64,000 nucleotides of DNA from Candidatus Brennerbacteria bacterium (GTDB taxonomy: Bacteria; Patescibacteriota; Minisyncoccia; UBA6257; GWB1-50-10): positions 73,013 to 137,012 of the forward strand of contig JACPEK010000004.1 in NCBI GenBank assembly GCA_016183535.1, given 5' to 3'. This document shows positions 1 to 9,692 of this stretch, piece by piece. How positions within the stretch are numbered: position 1 is the first letter of the stretch; every line of letters starts with the position of its first letter. The translations under genes were made by a program, and so were the position numbers. The notes under the pieces were generated by a model. The model had not been told where the DNA came from. It saw nothing but the letters and a program-made list of their open reading frames with translations, and made no database searches.

Positions 1-1290
1 TTTCTCATCATCGGACTTCTTGTCTCCGCGCCCTTCGCGGCGCACGCCGACGATTCCGCGCCACCACTCATTGATGTATCATTTCCCTGCCCCGACACGC
101 AGGCGCTTGGGTTGGGAGAAGGGTGCGGCGATGCCACGGGCGCTGATATCGCGGGGTATCTTATCCGTTTCTACCAATTCGCCATTGCGGCCTCCGGCAT
201 CCTCGCGGTAGGGCTTATCGCCGTCGGTTCTATTTATATCTCAACCGCGGGGGGGAGCGCGGATCGCCAAAGTGAGGGGAGGGAAATGATCACCTCGGCT
301 CTGTGGGGCATCGTGCTCCTTTTCGGCTCATACCTCATCCTCCGCACCGTAAATCCTCGGCTTGTGTCGCTCGCAAATCCCACGATTGAGAAAGTGGATC
401 TTCCGGTTTGTGAGTACGACGAAGCGAACGACCCCGAACACCGACAACCTAAAAACTCGCCCTGCCGCCCGCCCGTCTTAGAGATTACACTCAAAAATCA
501 ATGCGCCGCATTCAAAGATATCCCCGTGTATTCAGGCGAGGTTCCTAAGGGGTCGTGCGCGTACCGAAGATCAATCGCGCCCGAGGAATTTTCGGTCGGA
601 TCGGGCGATTATTACGATGAATCGGAGGAGGTACCGAAAAATTCCACGATTTGGCTCTATCCATACTTCAAGAGTGACCAGGAAACCTCGACCGCAAAGT
701 GTCTCGTTTATGCATACCAGGACGTGGAGGGAGAAAAAAACGGTGGGGAAGTCAAGCTTATTGATATAAATCCGAATCTCGAGCTCTGTGCTTCGCAAAA
801 ACAAGAATCATCATCGAAAACTCTTGAAGATGCGAATCGTTCCCAAACTTGTAGTTCCAACGAAACAATTCCGAATGGTTTCTACCAAACCGACGAGGAG
901 CCGCGGGATAAATTGGAAGCCGCGGGTATCGATGTGAGAAGTTCCGGCAACTGCAACAACCGTTGCAATAAAAACTGCACGAGTTTAAAGGGGATTCCGA
1001 AAAATACCGTAGACAAACTCGTGCTCATACAAAAAGACTGTCAAGCCAAATGGCCCACCTGCGATCTCACAGTAACGGGAGGCACCGAGGTTGGACACAA
1101 AACCCACGGCATTGGACAGCCGGCGGTGGATATTTCATACGACCCGCTGGTGGGAGCGTTCCTGCGCGCGAGTTCCAATATACAAAAGTATGGTGTTTTA
1201 AATATATGCACGACGATCCAAGACCGGCAGTTCCGCTACAATTGCGATTTCAACGAAAACGAGCGGCATCTACACGTACGCTTTAATTAA
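1..1290 (+). CDS. Pilin-like membrane protein with C-terminal peptidase M15/LAS-like Zn domain (5'-truncated by window edge)
   Basis: Frame 1 is open from base 1 (FLIIGLLVSAPFAAHA, signal-like). Pilin-type TM hairpin 'FAIAASGILAVGLIAVGSIYISTAGG..EGREMITSALWGIVLLFGSYLILRTVNP'; C-terminal 'VTGGTEVGHKTH..AVDI..HLHV'. Confidence 0.7.
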   Translation, partial: FLIIGLLVSAPFAAHADDSAPPLIDVSFPCPDTQALGLGEGCGDATGADIAGYLIRFYQFAIAASGILAVGLIAVGSIYISTAGGSADRQSEGREMITSALWGIVLLFGSYLILRTVNPRLVSLANPTIEKVDLPVCEYDEANDPEHRQPKNSPCRPPVLEITLKNQCAAFKDIPVYSGEVPKGSCAYRRSIAPEEFSVGSGDYYDESEEVPKNSTIWLYPYFKSDQETSTAKCLVYAYQDVEGEKNGGEVKLIDINPNLELCASQKQESSSKTLEDANRSQTCSSNETIPNGFYQTDEEPRDKLEAAGIDVRSSGNCNNRCNKNCTSLKGIPKNTVDKLVLIQKDCQAKWPTCDLTVTGGTEVGHKTHGIGQPAVDISYDPLVGAFLRASSNIQKYGVLNICTTIQDRQFRYNCDFNENERHLHVRFN

Positions 1291-1293
1291 CCA

Positions 1294-2487
1294 ATGAAAC
1301 CTTCTCTGATCAGAATTATTCTAATCGCCGCAGTTCTCGGCACCACAATCTTCGCGGCATATTTCGGATGGCGCGCGTTTTTTGTCTCCAACGCCTCCAA
1401 GGCCCTTGTTCCCGATCTTCCCGCGGGCGGTATCTTTCCCGCCGAACCGGGCGGCGGCGCGGAAAACAGTGAAGAGAGAAATTCCGCCCAGGAGATATCG
1501 TCCGAGGGTAAGGTGCAACTTGAAAGAATCTCGAACGCGCCGGCTTCGGATTTTTGGATAAACCTCCTTACCGACGAAGTGTTCTACCTCACCGAGGACG
1601 GGAGGGTATTTAAGGTGAATGAAAAAGAAGATACGGAAATCTCGCGCCAAACCCTCGGGCCCCTCAACTCCGCCACGCCAAGCCGTTCCGGTGAGAGCAT
1701 GCTTGTATCGTTCGGCGGACGCGAAAACCCGCGGTGGGCGATTTTCGACGCCGCAAGCGGCGCGTGGCACCCTCTTCCTTCCGGAATACGGGCCGCCGCG
1801 TGGGGAAGAAACTCCGATGAGATTTTTGCGGTAGTGACGCAAAACGGCACACGCCCGCTCGTCCGCATGGATCTCTCAAAAACTCCTCTTTCTTCTCAAA
1901 CCATACTCCGCGACCTCAACCTCGAAGAGGTGGCACTCGCATTCCGCGAATCGCCCGACGCGCTCGTAATTTCCGAACCTCCAAGCGCGCGGATCGCGTC
2001 GCGCACGTGGCTTCTCGACCTTTCGCCGAAAACACCGACGCTCGCGACGCTCTTTCCGCCCGCCTACCGCTTCACGGTTGCCGTCTCAAACGGCGGCACG
2101 CTCTACCTCGCGTCCGGCGAACAATTCAGAATTCTCGACGCGGAAACCAAGGAAAACGCTTTTCTCCTCCCATTCCACACGCTTTCAGGAAAGTGCGCCA
2201 CTGAACTCACTTCAGATGGCGATTTTGCGTGGTGTTTTGTTCCGCGGAGCTCTCTCGCGGAAGTTGCGGCGGCCGAAGATTACCGCCGGCGCAAAACATT
2301 CAGCGTTGACACGCTCTACGCTTTGGACATCTACAACGATGAGCTTTTGAAAGTTTTTGAGAGCGGCGTGGATGACGTTCCCGCGATAGACGCCGAAAAA
2401 CCGCGTTACGGGCGCGGAGGAGTGTATTTTATAAACCGCTACGACAATCTGGTCTATCGCCTCCGCCTCAACGCGGACAGTGATTAA
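1294..2487 (+). CDS. Hypothetical membrane-anchored protein, probable beta-propeller ectodomain
   Basis: 397-aa ORF with N-terminal TM helix and beta-rich repeats; follows the pilin-like gene directly. Confidence 0.65.
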   Translation: MKPSLIRIILIAAVLGTTIFAAYFGWRAFFVSNASKALVPDLPAGGIFPAEPGGGAENSEERNSAQEISSEGKVQLERISNAPASDFWINLLTDEVFYLTEDGRVFKVNEKEDTEISRQTLGPLNSATPSRSGESMLVSFGGRENPRWAIFDAASGAWHPLPSGIRAAAWGRNSDEIFAVVTQNGTRPLVRMDLSKTPLSSQTILRDLNLEEVALAFRESPDALVISEPPSARIASRTWLLDLSPKTPTLATLFPPAYRFTVAVSNGGTLYLASGEQFRILDAETKENAFLLPFHTLSGKCATELTSDGDFAWCFVPRSSLAEVAAAEDYRRRKTFSVDTLYALDIYNDELLKVFESGVDDVPAIDAEKPRYGRGGVYFINRYDNLVYRLRLNADSD

Positions 2488-2912
2488 GAAACGTGCTTGA
2501 TCACCACGCGGCGTTCTTTCCCGGCGCCCACGCTCTCCGTCGTAAGTTCAGGATGGGTCATGATCTCCACGTGCACAAGTCGCCGCTCGTAGGCGTTCAT
2601 TGCGGGCAGTTCCACTTCTGATTTCGTCGCTACCGCTTTCCGTGCGGCCGCGCGGGCGAGCTCCGAAATAAGACGCTCCCGCTCTTTCCGATAATAATTC
2701 ACATCGAGAATGCAAACGGGGAGATTCTCGTGACGAACCATGAGGTTTGCCGCCGTTTCAAGAAACGGCAACAAATACCCTATTTCGTCCCGCGTGAGGT
2801 TGTCGCCGATGTGCACGGAAATTTTCCGGTGCGTTTCTTCGAATTCCGCGCTCACTTCGGAAAATCCCATAAGGAGCAGGAGGTTTTTTATTTTTTCACT
2901 GATGCGATCCAT
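2484..2912 (-). CDS. jag: R3H-domain RNA-binding protein (short Jag/KhpB type)
   Basis: 'LPAMNAYERRLVH..TTESVGAGKERRVVI' R3H motif; conserved position downstream of yidC. Confidence 0.85.
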   Translation of the reverse strand: MDRISEKIKNLLLLMGFSEVSAEFEETHRKISVHIGDNLTRDEIGYLLPFLETAANLMVRHENLPVCILDVNYYRKERERLISELARAAARKAVATKSEVELPAMNAYERRLVHVEIMTHPELTTESVGAGKERRVVIKHVS

Positions 2913-3630
2913 GGGTGGAAGGTGAGTGGGGGAGGATCGCGGCCGGAAGAATTTTATCCTTTACGGCGCGATTGATCATAATCTGCTGCGCTATGGAAAA
3001 CACGGTTGACGCAATCCAATATATCCCGAGCGCGGAGGGAAGGGGGGTTAAAACGATAAGCGTGATCGCCGGCCCTATGACCAATCCGAAAATTTTTGTC
3101 ATTTTCGCCGAATCGAACCTGTCGGTCTTATCGGATGTGTTGGTCTTACCGGCTTGCGGCATAAGCCGCGCCTGAAGGTATTGGAGCCCCGCCGCGAGCA
3201 CCGCCACCATGAAATTCCTCTCCTCAAGGGAAACTAACCCAAGAAAGCTACGCGAGTCAAATACGCCGTTCCCGAGCTCGCGGGTAAAAATTTGAAACAG
3301 CGCGATAAACACGGGAATTTGCAGAGCGAGAAACAAAATTCCCGAAAGAGGGTTTACGCGGTGTTCCCGATAGAGCGCCATAAGCGCCCGACCCTGCGCC
3401 TCCCGATCTTCTTTGTGGCGCTCCTGGATTTCCTTTACCTTCGGTTGAATCGCTTGGAGAATGGTTTGATCTTTGGCGCTCTTCCAAAACAGCGGAAGGA
3501 GCGCCACGCGCACCACTACGGTCAGTAATACGATGGCGATACCAAGATCTTGAAAAGATATCGTCTGGTAGATCCAGACGAGTGCGGCGAGAATCGGATG
3601 ATATAAATAAGTTTGGAAGAGGTTACCCAT
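2896..3630 (-). CDS. yidC: Membrane protein insertase YidC/Oxa1
   Basis: 'GIAIVLLTVVVRVALLPL..IQPKVKEIQERHK..ALMALYREHRVNPLSG..QIPVFIALF' and 'LPSALGIYW'. Confidence 0.95.
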   Translation of the reverse strand: MGNLFQTYLYHPILAALVWIYQTISFQDLGIAIVLLTVVVRVALLPLFWKSAKDQTILQAIQPKVKEIQERHKEDREAQGRALMALYREHRVNPLSGILFLALQIPVFIALFQIFTRELGNGVFDSRSFLGLVSLEERNFMVAVLAAGLQYLQARLMPQAGKTNTSDKTDRFDSAKMTKIFGLVIGPAITLIVLTPLPSALGIYWIASTVFSIAQQIMINRAVKDKILPAAILPHSPSTHGSHQ

Positions 3631-3883
3631 AGAGGCGTAATTTTTTTTCTATTTCTTCGACGAGTGCGGCGAAGGGGGCCTGCGCGACGCCTTTGAATCC
3701 TACGATGGTGATCGCGCCCGCCGGCGCAAATGTGATTCGCGCGCACGCGACTCTGATGCGTCTTCGAATGCGGTTTCTCAAAACGGCGCGGGGTGCTTCC
3801 TTTTTCGTCACCGCGATGACGAGGGATTTTTTAGTTCCGCGAACTCCCCGCCGGATTGTCACGAGCGGGATTGTGGATTGCAT
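3623..3883 (-). CDS. rnpA: Ribonuclease P protein component (short form)
   Basis: 'AVTKK..AVLRNRIRRRIR' RNR motif; between rpmH and yidC. ATG at 3883 (the track ORF is over-extended upstream). Confidence 0.85.
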   Translation of the reverse strand: MQSTIPLVTIRRGVRGTKKSLVIAVTKKEAPRAVLRNRIRRRIRVACARITFAPAGAITIVGFKGVAQAPFAALVEEIEKKLRLYG

Positions 3884-3884
3884 C

Positions 3885-4022
3885 TTAACGCACCGCGAGG
3901 CGGCTGCGTCCTTTCCGCCGCCGGCGGCGCAATACCGCGCGACCCGTGCGGGTTCTTGCGCGAACAAGAAACCCGTGGGTTTTCTTTCGTTTTCGGCGGT
4001 TCGGTTGGTAGGTAACACTCAT
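3885..4022 (-). CDS. rpmH: 50S ribosomal protein L34
   Basis: Read by hand, below track cutoff: [45 protein letters not shown]; divergent from dnaA. Confidence 0.95.
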   Translation of the reverse strand: MSVTYQPNRRKRKKTHGFLVRARTRTGRAVLRRRRRKGRSRLAVR

Positions 4023-4167
4023 CGCACACGCATCATACCAAGAACACGCGCGGAATTCAACGCTGTGAGCTCTAAGGGAATTGTCAACATGCTATACCCC
4101 ATCCACCCACATTCGGAACTTTTACAAATGCTTGCCCTGCACAGCGGGCGCGGGTAATATGGTGGCA

Positions 4168-5544
4168 ATGAACCCTAAGGAACTTTGGAAGGCGACTCTT
4201 GGCGAGATTGAACTGCAAATCTCCAAACCAAACTTCATCACGTGGCTCAAAAACAGCGAACTTATTGAGCGGAACGAGCGCGAAGGGGTGGCGCTTGTGG
4301 GACTTCCTAATAACTTCGCCAAAGAGTGGGTGCGCAACCGTTACCACAAGCTTATTCTCGGATCACTGCGAAATCTCGATAACTCGATACGGAATGTGGA
4401 TTATGTTGTTATCACGGGCGCGCGCGAAGTTCCCGCTCGCGTCGCGGTAAGTAAACCCATCGCCGCTTCTCCGCTCACCGACGAGCACAAACTTCCTATA
4501 AGCGAACTTAAGGTGGATCCGATTACAAATCTCAATCCACGGTACACCCTGGACACCTTCATTGTTGGTTCTTCGAATGAATTGGCATACGCCGCCACAC
4601 AGGCGGTAATCGCGTCCGTTGGTAAAAAATATAACCCGCTGTTTCTCTACGGCGGAGTGGGGCTTGGAAAAACCCATCTTCTCCAAGCAACGGGGAATGC
4701 CATCGCGAGCCATGCCGGCGCAAGAAACCGTGTATTCTATGTCTCCTCGGAAAAATTCATCAATGATGTGGTGTGGGCGGTCCGTAACAAACGTATGGAG
4801 GATATAAAAAAGCGCTATCGCGACGTAGATGTCCTCATTATTGACGATATTCAGTTTATTGGAGGAAAAACCACTACCGAACTCGAGTTTTTTTATACCT
4901 TCAACGCGCTCCACGAACACTCGAAACAAATCATTATCTCCTCGGATCGCCCCCCCGCCGCCATCCCCACGCTTGAAGAGCGTCTCCGCTCCCGTTTTGA
5001 AGGTGGAATGATTGTTGATATAGGGTATCCCGACTACGAAATGCGTCTCGCGATTCTCCGCGCAAAAACCCAAGAACTCGGGGCGTTGCTCGACGGTAAA
5101 ATTCTCGACCACATCGCCGCAAAAGTGCAAAAAAACATACGGGAGCTCGAGGGGGTGTTGAATAAGGTTTTGTTTCTTTCCCAGCACCGCGGCGGCTCAC
5201 TTGATATCAAAAAAATAGACGAAGTTATCAGTGAAACAACTCGCGTGTCTTCAAAAAATGTGAACGCTTCGGATATTGTAAAAACTGTCGCGGAATTTTT
5301 TGAAGTTCCGGTTTCAGATCTCACCAATCGATGTCGGAAACAAGAAGTGGTGGAACCGCGACAGATCGCCATGTTTCTCCTTCGTGACGTGCTCAAACTC
5401 TCCTATCCCCATATCGGAGAAAAATTAGGGAAGCGCGATCATACCACCGCAATTCACGCGTATGAAAAAATCAACAAAGCTTTGAGTCAGAATCCCGCAC
5501 TCAATCAAAAAATTATACTCATTAAAGAACGTGTGTATAAGTAG
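4168..5544 (+). CDS. dnaA: Chromosomal replication initiator DnaA
   Basis: 'YNPLFLYGGVGLGKTHLLQA', 'DVLIIDDIQF', 'RLRSRFEGG', 'RDHTTAIHA'; likely start ATG 4168 (MNPKELW). Confidence 0.98.
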   Translation: MNPKELWKATLGEIELQISKPNFITWLKNSELIERNEREGVALVGLPNNFAKEWVRNRYHKLILGSLRNLDNSIRNVDYVVITGAREVPARVAVSKPIAASPLTDEHKLPISELKVDPITNLNPRYTLDTFIVGSSNELAYAATQAVIASVGKKYNPLFLYGGVGLGKTHLLQATGNAIASHAGARNRVFYVSSEKFINDVVWAVRNKRMEDIKKRYRDVDVLIIDDIQFIGGKTTTELEFFYTFNALHEHSKQIIISSDRPPAAIPTLEERLRSRFEGGMIVDIGYPDYEMRLAILRAKTQELGALLDGKILDHIAAKVQKNIRELEGVLNKVLFLSQHRGGSLDIKKIDEVISETTRVSSKNVNASDIVKTVAEFFEVPVSDLTNRCRKQEVVEPRQIAMFLLRDVLKLSYPHIGEKLGKRDHTTAIHAYEKINKALSQNPALNQKIILIKERVYK

Positions 5545-5696
5545 TGACGCAATTTCTATTCCTATCACCATCTGATCTCCGCGTTATCCACTAACCATAC
5601 AGAATAAAAACTCTAAATTATGCCGCGTGTAAAACAATTTTCGTATTTTCTCCACATATCCACATGTGCTACTAATGCTTCTATTATTTTATAAAT
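5532..5696. other. Probable replication origin oriC (dnaA-dnaN intergenic)
   Basis: DnaA boxes: TGTGTATAA 5532-5540 (consensus match, reverse), TTATCCACT 5584-5592, TTCTCCACA 5648-5656, ATATCCACA 5656-5664. Followed by CTA/ATT trio-like repeats and an AT-rich tract. Confidence 0.75.
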
Positions 5697-6806
5697 ATGA
5701 AAATAGTAGTACTTAGAGAGAACCTGGTTTTCGGACTTTCTGTGGTTGAACGAGCGGTGGGAGTGGGATCTAACCTTCCTATTCTCAAAAACGTGCTCTT
5801 TTCCGCGCACGAGGGAATAATTTCACTCACCGCGACCAACCTTGAAATCGCTGTTACCCACAATATTTCCGGTAAGGTGCTTGAAAATGGAGAAATAACA
5901 TGTCCATTTCAAATTTTGAATGCTGCGATTAAAAACGTGGCGGCGGAGCGGATTGCGCTTGAACAGGTGGGGAAAAAACTTGCCGTTAGCACCGATAACT
6001 ACGACGCTCAAATTCAAACACAAGATCCAAAAGAATACCCCCTTATTCCCTCGGTGCAGACTTCCGCTCCGACGGTATCGCTTGACGCCGCTTCGCTGAC
6101 CCACGCGCTTTCGAGTGTGATTGTGGCAACCCAATATACCGATATCCGCCCGGAAATAAGCGGTGTACTTTTCAGATTTCACGAAGAAGGATTAACACTT
6201 GTGGCAACCGACAGTTTCCGGCTCGCAGAATTCCGCTTAGTGAATAAGGGAGTGGTGGGTGGCGGTATAGACGCGATCGTCCCGCTCCGCGCGGCGGAAG
6301 AGGTATTGCGTATTATTCAAACAGAAGAAAGCGGTTCTTTGGTGGAAATCACTCTCGAGCCGAATCAGGTCCTTTTTAAAACTTCCCGCACACGGCTTAT
6401 TTCGCGTCTTATCGATGGCCGTTTCCCGGAATACCACGCGATCATCCCGAAAGAGGTGAAACACGAAGCGGTGATCGCGCGGGAAGAATTTGCCCGTGCC
6501 GTTCGAGCGACGAGTTCATTTGCGGGCCGCGCGAGCGATGTGACGCTTACGGTTTCCGAGAATAAAAAATTTTTAGAGCTTTCATCAAGCGACGCGGCGC
6601 TCGGAGAGGGGCGTTCCCGCGTGCCTATTAAAATAAAAGGGGAGAAATTTTCCGCGGCGTTTAATTGGCGTTACTTCCTTGACGGTCTCAAGATTTACCA
6701 AGGACCGTACGTGAAACTCGGAATGAACGCGCCAGATCGTCCGGTGGTAATAAGCGACCCCGATGCCGCTTATTTAACTTACGTGGTGATGCCGATAAAA
6801 ACCTGA
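5697..6806 (+). CDS. dnaN: DNA polymerase III beta sliding clamp
   Basis: 'LPILKNVLF..LTATNLEI', 'VATDSFRLA', 'SRLIDGRFPEY', 'YVVMPI'. Confidence 0.97.
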   Translation: MKIVVLRENLVFGLSVVERAVGVGSNLPILKNVLFSAHEGIISLTATNLEIAVTHNISGKVLENGEITCPFQILNAAIKNVAAERIALEQVGKKLAVSTDNYDAQIQTQDPKEYPLIPSVQTSAPTVSLDAASLTHALSSVIVATQYTDIRPEISGVLFRFHEEGLTLVATDSFRLAEFRLVNKGVVGGGIDAIVPLRAAEEVLRIIQTEESGSLVEITLEPNQVLFKTSRTRLISRLIDGRFPEYHAIIPKEVKHEAVIAREEFARAVRATSSFAGRASDVTLTVSENKKFLELSSSDAALGEGRSRVPIKIKGEKFSAAFNWRYFLDGLKIYQGPYVKLGMNAPDRPVVISDPDAAYLTYVVMPIKT

Positions 6807-6810
6807 TTTG

Positions 6811-9339
6811 CTACCGCTTCGAATAAAATATAACGGTACGTGACGCATTATTTTCTTTTAAGTCGTATATTTTAAGTTCAACTGAATTTTGAGGTTCGAG
6901 GACTACCGGAACGGCGTAGCGATAGAAATACGCGTTCCCCGAGAGTGGAAGCGCGTGAATGAGGCGTCGATTGAAATACAATTCGGCGCGCGCGAGGTTC
7001 GCGCTTCCCGCGCGCAAAGCGGCGGTTACAACGAGCGGGGTGTCCACGAATGACCCATTTTCCGGTTTGAGTTGGTCTATTAAAAGATCACCAGTGGACA
7101 CGGCGGGAGAGAGGGGCGGTAGGGTTTCCGACGAGAAAGAAGCGTTGTCGGAAAGAGGTTTGTTATAAGTCAGTGAAAACCCCTGAATATTCGCGCGTGC
7201 CCACGCGAGCACCGTGTCTTCCCAATTTTGAAACTGCGGGTCGTTTTCTGGATGTGTGGGAATTGGACCTGCGGGATCGTTACGATCGACATAGAAGAGG
7301 ATAGAATGGGCATGCCGAGATATCACACCACCATCCCGCGCCGCGACATCCCACGTCCCGTTCAACATAGGTTTCAAAATTGTCGCGGGCGGTGCGGGGT
7401 GCTCGAAGGGTTCGGGCGCGTATTTTGCGAGCGCCTCTTTTATGAACGCGTGCCATATCGGAACCGCCGCGAGAATACTCGAACCTTGGCGGATCATTTG
7501 TTGGTTGTTGTTGTTACCTGCCCATACGCCGACCGTGAGGAAAGGGGTATACCCGACCGTCCATGCGTCGCGGTGATCTTCGCTGGTGCCGGTTTTAAGC
7601 GCTACCTCGTGATCGGGAAAAATAGTGAGCGCGTTCGAGCTTCTGAAGATTGGATATCTAAGGTCGGGATCGGAAAGGATACGCGTTATTGTCTTTGCCG
7701 CCGCGCCATCGTCGGCGCGCACCGCGTCATCGCGATACTCCTCAAGTACACGTCCTTCGGCGTTCTCCACGCGCAATACGAGTGCTTGCCGATGGCGTAT
7801 TCCGTTTTGAGAGAGCGACGCGTACGCGTTCACTAAGTCAATTAATTTTACCTCCCCGCCCCCTAAGGTGAGCGAGAGGCCATAACGCCATCGCTCCTGG
7901 AGCGTGGTGATGCCATACGCGTGGAGTTTTTTTAACACATTATCGAACCCGGCGAGGTAGAGTGTTTTCACGGCGGGAATATTCAAGGATTCGGCGAGCG
8001 CACTCTGCATTTTTATTGGGCCGCGAGTCGTGCCGTCAAAATTCACGGGGCGGTAGCTTGTGGCGGGGTCGTTTCGCGTATCGAACTCGGTCGGAACGTC
8101 GAAGAGAACTGTTTCCGGCGAATATCCGTTTTCGAACGCGGTAAGGTACACAAAAGGTTTCAACGCCGATCCGGGCTGGCGGAGGCCTTGAATTGCGACG
8201 TTGAAATTCCCTTCGAATTGGCAGGTGAGACCCGGCGTGCACCCCGCTGGCTCCGGAGGAGAGAAATAATCTTTGGATCCGACGAGTGCAAGCACTTGTC
8301 CGGTTTTGGGATCTTGGGCGACGAGCGCGGCATTCGCGCTTCCGTAAAGTGCGAGATTGCGGGCGGAACCGTCGCGCACCGCGATTTCCGCGAGCCCTTG
8401 GAGCTCTGCATCAAGCGTGGTGATAACGCGAAGCCCCCCGCTCTCAACCGCCTCGGCGCCGTACCGTTCAATGAGATATTCTTTGACCGCGAGGGAGAAA
8501 TGGGGAGCAACAATAGTGCCGAGCGAGGGGACGGTAAAAACAATTCTTTCTTTCTTGGCGCGATCGCGTTCCTCGGTACTTAAGGTTCCGAGTTCCGCCA
8601 TACGATCGAGCACGTAATCTTTACGCGCAAGCAAGTCAGCGCTATGAGATCCCCATGGCGAATAGTACGAGGGAGCCTTAAGGAGTGCGGCGAGTGTGGC
8701 CGCCTCGGCGATCGACACCTCCTTGATTGATTTTGCAAAATATACCTGGCTCGCCGCTTCCACGCCATAGGCGTTTGAGCCGTAAGGGATCTGGTTCAGG
8801 TAAAACCCTAATATCTCGTCTTTTGAATATCGCTTTTCAAGCTCTAAGGCGAGAATAAGCTCTTTTATTTTTCTCAAGTATGTTTTTTCAGATGTGAGGA
8901 ACACGTTTTTCGCGAGTTGTTGGGTGATAGTGGAACCACCTTGTACCCTGCGCCCCTCCTTCAGATTTGCGAGGAAGGCCCGCATAATAGCTCGCCAATC
9001 GAACGCCGGCTGTCGATAAAACTCCGCGTTTTCCGCCGCGAGCGTGGCGTTTTTCATATAGTGTGGTATGTCCTCGAACGAAAGGACGGTACGTTTTTCA
9101 AGACCGTGTATTTCGTAGAGCAGATGTTCGCCGGTGCGGTCGTAGAGTTTGGTGGATTGACGGACTTGACGCGCTTGAAATTGGTCCGGCGCGGGAAGTG
9201 ATTGGATGGTGAAAAAAAGCCACGCACCGATCCCTAAGATCGCCGCGAGCGCGATTGAAGCGCTCCAAAATATCCACCACGAGATTTTTTTATGTGGAAG
9301 CGCCGTGCGCCACCTCCCCGCGCCTTTGTACTTATTCAC
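6811..9339 (-). CDS. Class A penicillin-binding protein (PBP1A family) with C-terminal Ig-like domain
   Basis: Transglycosylase 'GGSTITQQLAKN', 'RKIKE', 'YLNQIPYG'; transpeptidase 'RQPGSALKPF', 'SLN', 'KTGT'. Confidence 0.95.
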   Translation of the reverse strand: MNKYKGAGRWRTALPHKKISWWIFWSASIALAAILGIGAWLFFTIQSLPAPDQFQARQVRQSTKLYDRTGEHLLYEIHGLEKRTVLSFEDIPHYMKNATLAAENAEFYRQPAFDWRAIMRAFLANLKEGRRVQGGSTITQQLAKNVFLTSEKTYLRKIKELILALELEKRYSKDEILGFYLNQIPYGSNAYGVEAASQVYFAKSIKEVSIAEAATLAALLKAPSYYSPWGSHSADLLARKDYVLDRMAELGTLSTEERDRAKKERIVFTVPSLGTIVAPHFSLAVKEYLIERYGAEAVESGGLRVITTLDAELQGLAEIAVRDGSARNLALYGSANAALVAQDPKTGQVLALVGSKDYFSPPEPAGCTPGLTCQFEGNFNVAIQGLRQPGSALKPFVYLTAFENGYSPETVLFDVPTEFDTRNDPATSYRPVNFDGTTRGPIKMQSALAESLNIPAVKTLYLAGFDNVLKKLHAYGITTLQERWRYGLSLTLGGGEVKLIDLVNAYASLSQNGIRHRQALVLRVENAEGRVLEEYRDDAVRADDGAAAKTITRILSDPDLRYPIFRSSNALTIFPDHEVALKTGTSEDHRDAWTVGYTPFLTVGVWAGNNNNQQMIRQGSSILAAVPIWHAFIKEALAKYAPEPFEHPAPPATILKPMLNGTWDVAARDGGVISRHAHSILFYVDRNDPAGPIPTHPENDPQFQNWEDTVLAWARANIQGFSLTYNKPLSDNASFSSETLPPLSPAVSTGDLLIDQLKPENGSFVDTPLVVTAALRAGSANLARAELYFNRRLIHALPLSGNAYFYRYAVPVVLEPQNSVELKIYDLKENNASRTVIFYSKR

Positions 9340-9391
9340 AATTCGAGTTTCCAGTAATTATAGCGGTAATTGTCGGGTTTTGCTCAAACAC

Positions 9392-9426
9392 GAACACGCC
9401 CCTGCGGAGGCAGGGGCGCCGTGTTC
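9392..9426. terminator. GC-rich hairpin downstream of the small acidic ORF
   Basis: gaacac-gcccctgc-GGAG-gcaggggc-gcc-gtgttc stem-loop. Confidence 0.5.
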
Positions 9427-9452
9427 ACTTGTGAAAACCACACGTCCACTCT

Positions 9453-9611
9453 TTACTCTTCGGAGGTTTCCGAGAGATCATTGTCATCCGGCGTTTCTTC
9501 GGCCGGAGACGGAGCGTAAGGTTCTCCCTATTCATCTTCTCTTCCAACCCCCTCTTCGTCGGTTGATATGCCGTCGCCGAGGTATGTCATACGAATAAGC
9601 GTATCCGTCAT
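9453..9611 (-). pseudogene. Small acidic ORF interrupted by an in-frame TAG
   Basis: MTDTLIRMTYLGDGISTDEEGVGREDE*GEPYAPSPAEETPDDNDLSETSEE*; TAG at 9528-9530, with D/E-rich composition on both sides. Confidence 0.45.
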
Positions 9612-9692
9612 GGTAGAAAAAAAATCCGCGACCTTTTCTTAGCTTAGTTCGAGGAAAGTATAGAGAGAGAATAGTATGTGTCAACCCCCTCC

